Part shown: positions 61,567 through 64,000 of the stretch, in pieces | How positions within the stretch are numbered: the stretch's first letter is position 1 | Layout of the letters: each line of letters begins with the position of its first letter | From: Squalus acanthias | Taxonomy: Eukaryota | Direction: 5' to 3' | Length of the DNA stretch: 64,000 nucleotides | Assembly: GCA_030390025.1 (NCBI GenBank) | Contig: CM059447.1 | Coordinates: 24,056,001-24,120,000 of the forward strand | Translations under genes and position numbers: made by a program | The notes under the pieces: generated by a model | Seen by the model: the letters and a program-made list of their open reading frames with translations, nothing else | Database searches by the model: none | Told to the model about the DNA's origin: nothing

Positions 61567-63656
61567 GTACTCCCACAGTGCTATTAGAGAGGGAGTTCCA
61601 GGATTCGGACCCAGTGATGATGAGGGAGCAGTTATATATTTCTAAGTCAGGATGGTGTGTGACTTGGAGGGGAACTTGGAGGTGGTGGTGTTCCCATGCA
61701 CCTGCTGCCCTTGTCCTTCTAGGTGGTAGAGGTCGCAGGTTTGGGAGGTGCTGCGAAGAAGCCTTGGCAAGTTGCTGCAGTGCATCTTGTAAATGGTACA
61801 CACTGCAGCCACGGTGCATGGTGGAGGGAGTGAATGTTTAAGGTGATGGATGGGGTGTCAATCAAGCGGGCTGCTTTGTCGTAGATTGTATCAAGCTTCT
61901 TGAGTGTTGATGGAACAGCACTCATCCAGGCAAGTGCAGAATATTCCATCACACTCCTGACTTGTGCCTTGTAAATGGTGGAAAGGCTTTGGGGAGTCAG
62001 GAGGTGAATACCCAGAATACTCTGACCTGCTGTTGTAGTCACAGTATTTATGTGGCTGGTCAAGTTAAGATTCTGCACAATGGTGACGCCCCAGGATATT
62101 GATGGTGGGGGATTCGCCAATGGTAATGCTATTGAATGTCAAGGGGAGGTGGTTAGACTCTCTCGTTGGAGATATTTACAATGTTAAGCAAAATGGGGCA
62201 GGCACGGAGTTTGGGTAGTCAGGAGTTTAGTGGGATGGAGTTAAGGGAGGGAGCAGCAGGTAGGTCTCAGCTGGAATGAGCTTGGATAGAGCAGGGGGGC
62301 GGACATGAGGGAGAAAGTTTATGCTCAGTTAGCTGATCTCAGCTGGGGAAGGAGTGGGCAGACCACAATTGACCTCAGCACCCCTGCACTATTGTGGTGG
62401 GAATTGGCCAGGACTGCTGCTAGAAGTGCATAAGGGCTAGATTTGAACTATTGAGCAGGCGACCGGTGGAGCACGCCAGCCAGCTACCTGTTCCGGCAGT
62501 GAAGAGGATGGAGCCATTTTGAGGCAAGGCCCTCATTTAAATAGAAGCAACGTGAACGGGCTGCAGCTCGCTGGATTTGGCCTGGTGCAATATCACGTGG
62601 CCCAGCCAGCAGCCAAGGTAGGCCCTGGAGGGATAGCAATCACGGGGAAGTGGGGACAGTGTGGGGGGAAGAGAGTGAAACCCAGAGCGCCAGTTGACCA
62701 AATTATTTTTGTCTGGCTTGGAAGAGCACTCCTGCTCCTCATTGCCCCACATGCCATAATAAGGTTTTCCTGTCATACGAAAGAAGGAGTATAGCCCACA
62801 AAATTATTCAAACTTATGTTTTTGGACCTCTTTGGCTGTAGTGGCAATAAAACGTGCACACGTACACTCAATCAGTTCTGTCATAAAATGGCAATCGGTG
62901 TCCTATGCCCGCCCCCGTCATCAGACCCCGATTTATATATTAAAACGGGCCAATTGTCTGAAACAGGCAGACGCTTCGACAACCCAGGAGTAAGCACTTG
63001 TAAAAATGGCGGGGTCCCAAAGCATCAGCATTAACGGGACGCTGACTACAAACCCCATTTTAAGGCCACTACAGACCCAGTGACGCCAAGTTAAAATTGG
63101 CCCTTAAGTGTCAGGCATGGTTGTGAAGCATCCCATTGTTAAGTAGCCTGCTAACATTCATAGCCAAGGCCGACACAGGAGTAATAGAGCATGTTGGGCA
63201 ACCATAGAACAATAATGCAGCAAGGAGTCAATGCCTTCTACAGAGGGAAGGGTAGAATCTGTTAAAAGGAAAGCTATTAACATACAAGTGACACTATGTA
63301 TGAAATTAGCTATCCAAGTGTTTGTGCTAAGATAATGAGCTTCAAAGCACACATTTTCCAAAGGCAGGATGCAAGATTTGCATGAACTAGAACTGGTTTT
63401 ATGGAATTCTTATTTGACAAACTCTGAATAATTAATTTCCTGTTCAGGAATATCTGGAAAGCACTAACGATTGCTCATTCTGATACAGGTATGGGATCAT
63501 CAAAGTTAGTTTATACTAAGAGCAAAACTGGGCTCAGACTCCATGATTTTAGTGGAGCTTTAACTTAAATCAGAGACTCTGTTATTTTGTAAATCTCTTC
63601 GTGATAAGGTTTTCCTCGAGATTCTTACACAGCATTTGCTGTAATTAGTGTACCGA

Positions 63657-63738
63657 GTAGTCATGGCCGAGTGGTTAAGGCGATGGAATAGAAATCCATT
63701 GGGGCCTCCCAGCGCAGGTTCGTATACTGCCGCCTATA
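63657..63738 (+). pseudogene. tRNA-Ser(AGA)-derived pseudogene, duplicate copy
   Basis: As 50990-51071, with additional acceptor-stem changes (GCCTATA). Confidence 0.75.
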
Positions 63739-64000
63739 ATTCCCATCAGTTTAAAGTGTCAGCTGTGGCTCAGTTGGTAGCACACTTATCTCTGACTCAG
63801 AAGGTTGTGGGTTCAAAGTCCCACTCCAGATACTTGAGCATAAAAATCTAGGCTGACACTCCAGTACTGAGGGAGTGCTGCACTGTCAGAGGCGCCGTGT
63901 TTTGGATGTGATATTAAACCGAGGCCCCGTCAGCCCTCTCAGGTGGCCATAAAAGATCCCATGGCACTATTTCGAAGAAGAGCAGGGGAGTTATCCCCCG

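Larger units (their letters stand above)
45560..64000. repeat. Recent tandem segmental duplication, period ~12.66 kb (45560-51333 vs 58230-64000)
   Basis: Near-identical sequence and identical ORF translations at offsets of 12663-12667. Confidence 0.95.

Overview
Vertebrate genomic DNA. The repeat content (CR1 with ATTCTATG tails, Harbinger elements/MITEs, Penelope elements with hammerhead motifs, tRNA-derived SINEs) suggests a shark or other cartilaginous fish; this is an inference. The window contains an immune-receptor locus on the minus strand. First, the 5' part of a CD7-like single-IgV gene: leader exon 11707-11773 and V exon 6595-6933; its remaining exons were not found in the window. 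Second, upstream and in the same orientation, two intact tandem copies (38.2-46.3 kb and 52.6-59.0 kb) of a type I membrane protein gene with exon order non-coding exon 1 / leader / IgV / IgC / TM / short tail. The flank of a probable third copy runs off the right edge. The V domain has the atypical signature of mammalian SECTM1 (K12), the CD7 ligand: an A-strand/B-strand Cys pair, no C-strand Trp and no F-strand Cys. The C domain and exon layout are B7/PD-L1-like, and each promoter region has ISRE and GAS motifs. The best hypothesis is an ancient CD7-SECTM1 receptor/ligand cluster in which SECTM1 still has a two-domain B7 architecture. The rest of the window is transposon-derived: nested Harbinger elements, a CR1 interrupted by an antisense LINE, a 1.65-kb solo LTR, Penelope fragments, SINEs, tRNA-Ser pseudogenes and a G-rich repeat expansion beside an assembly gap.
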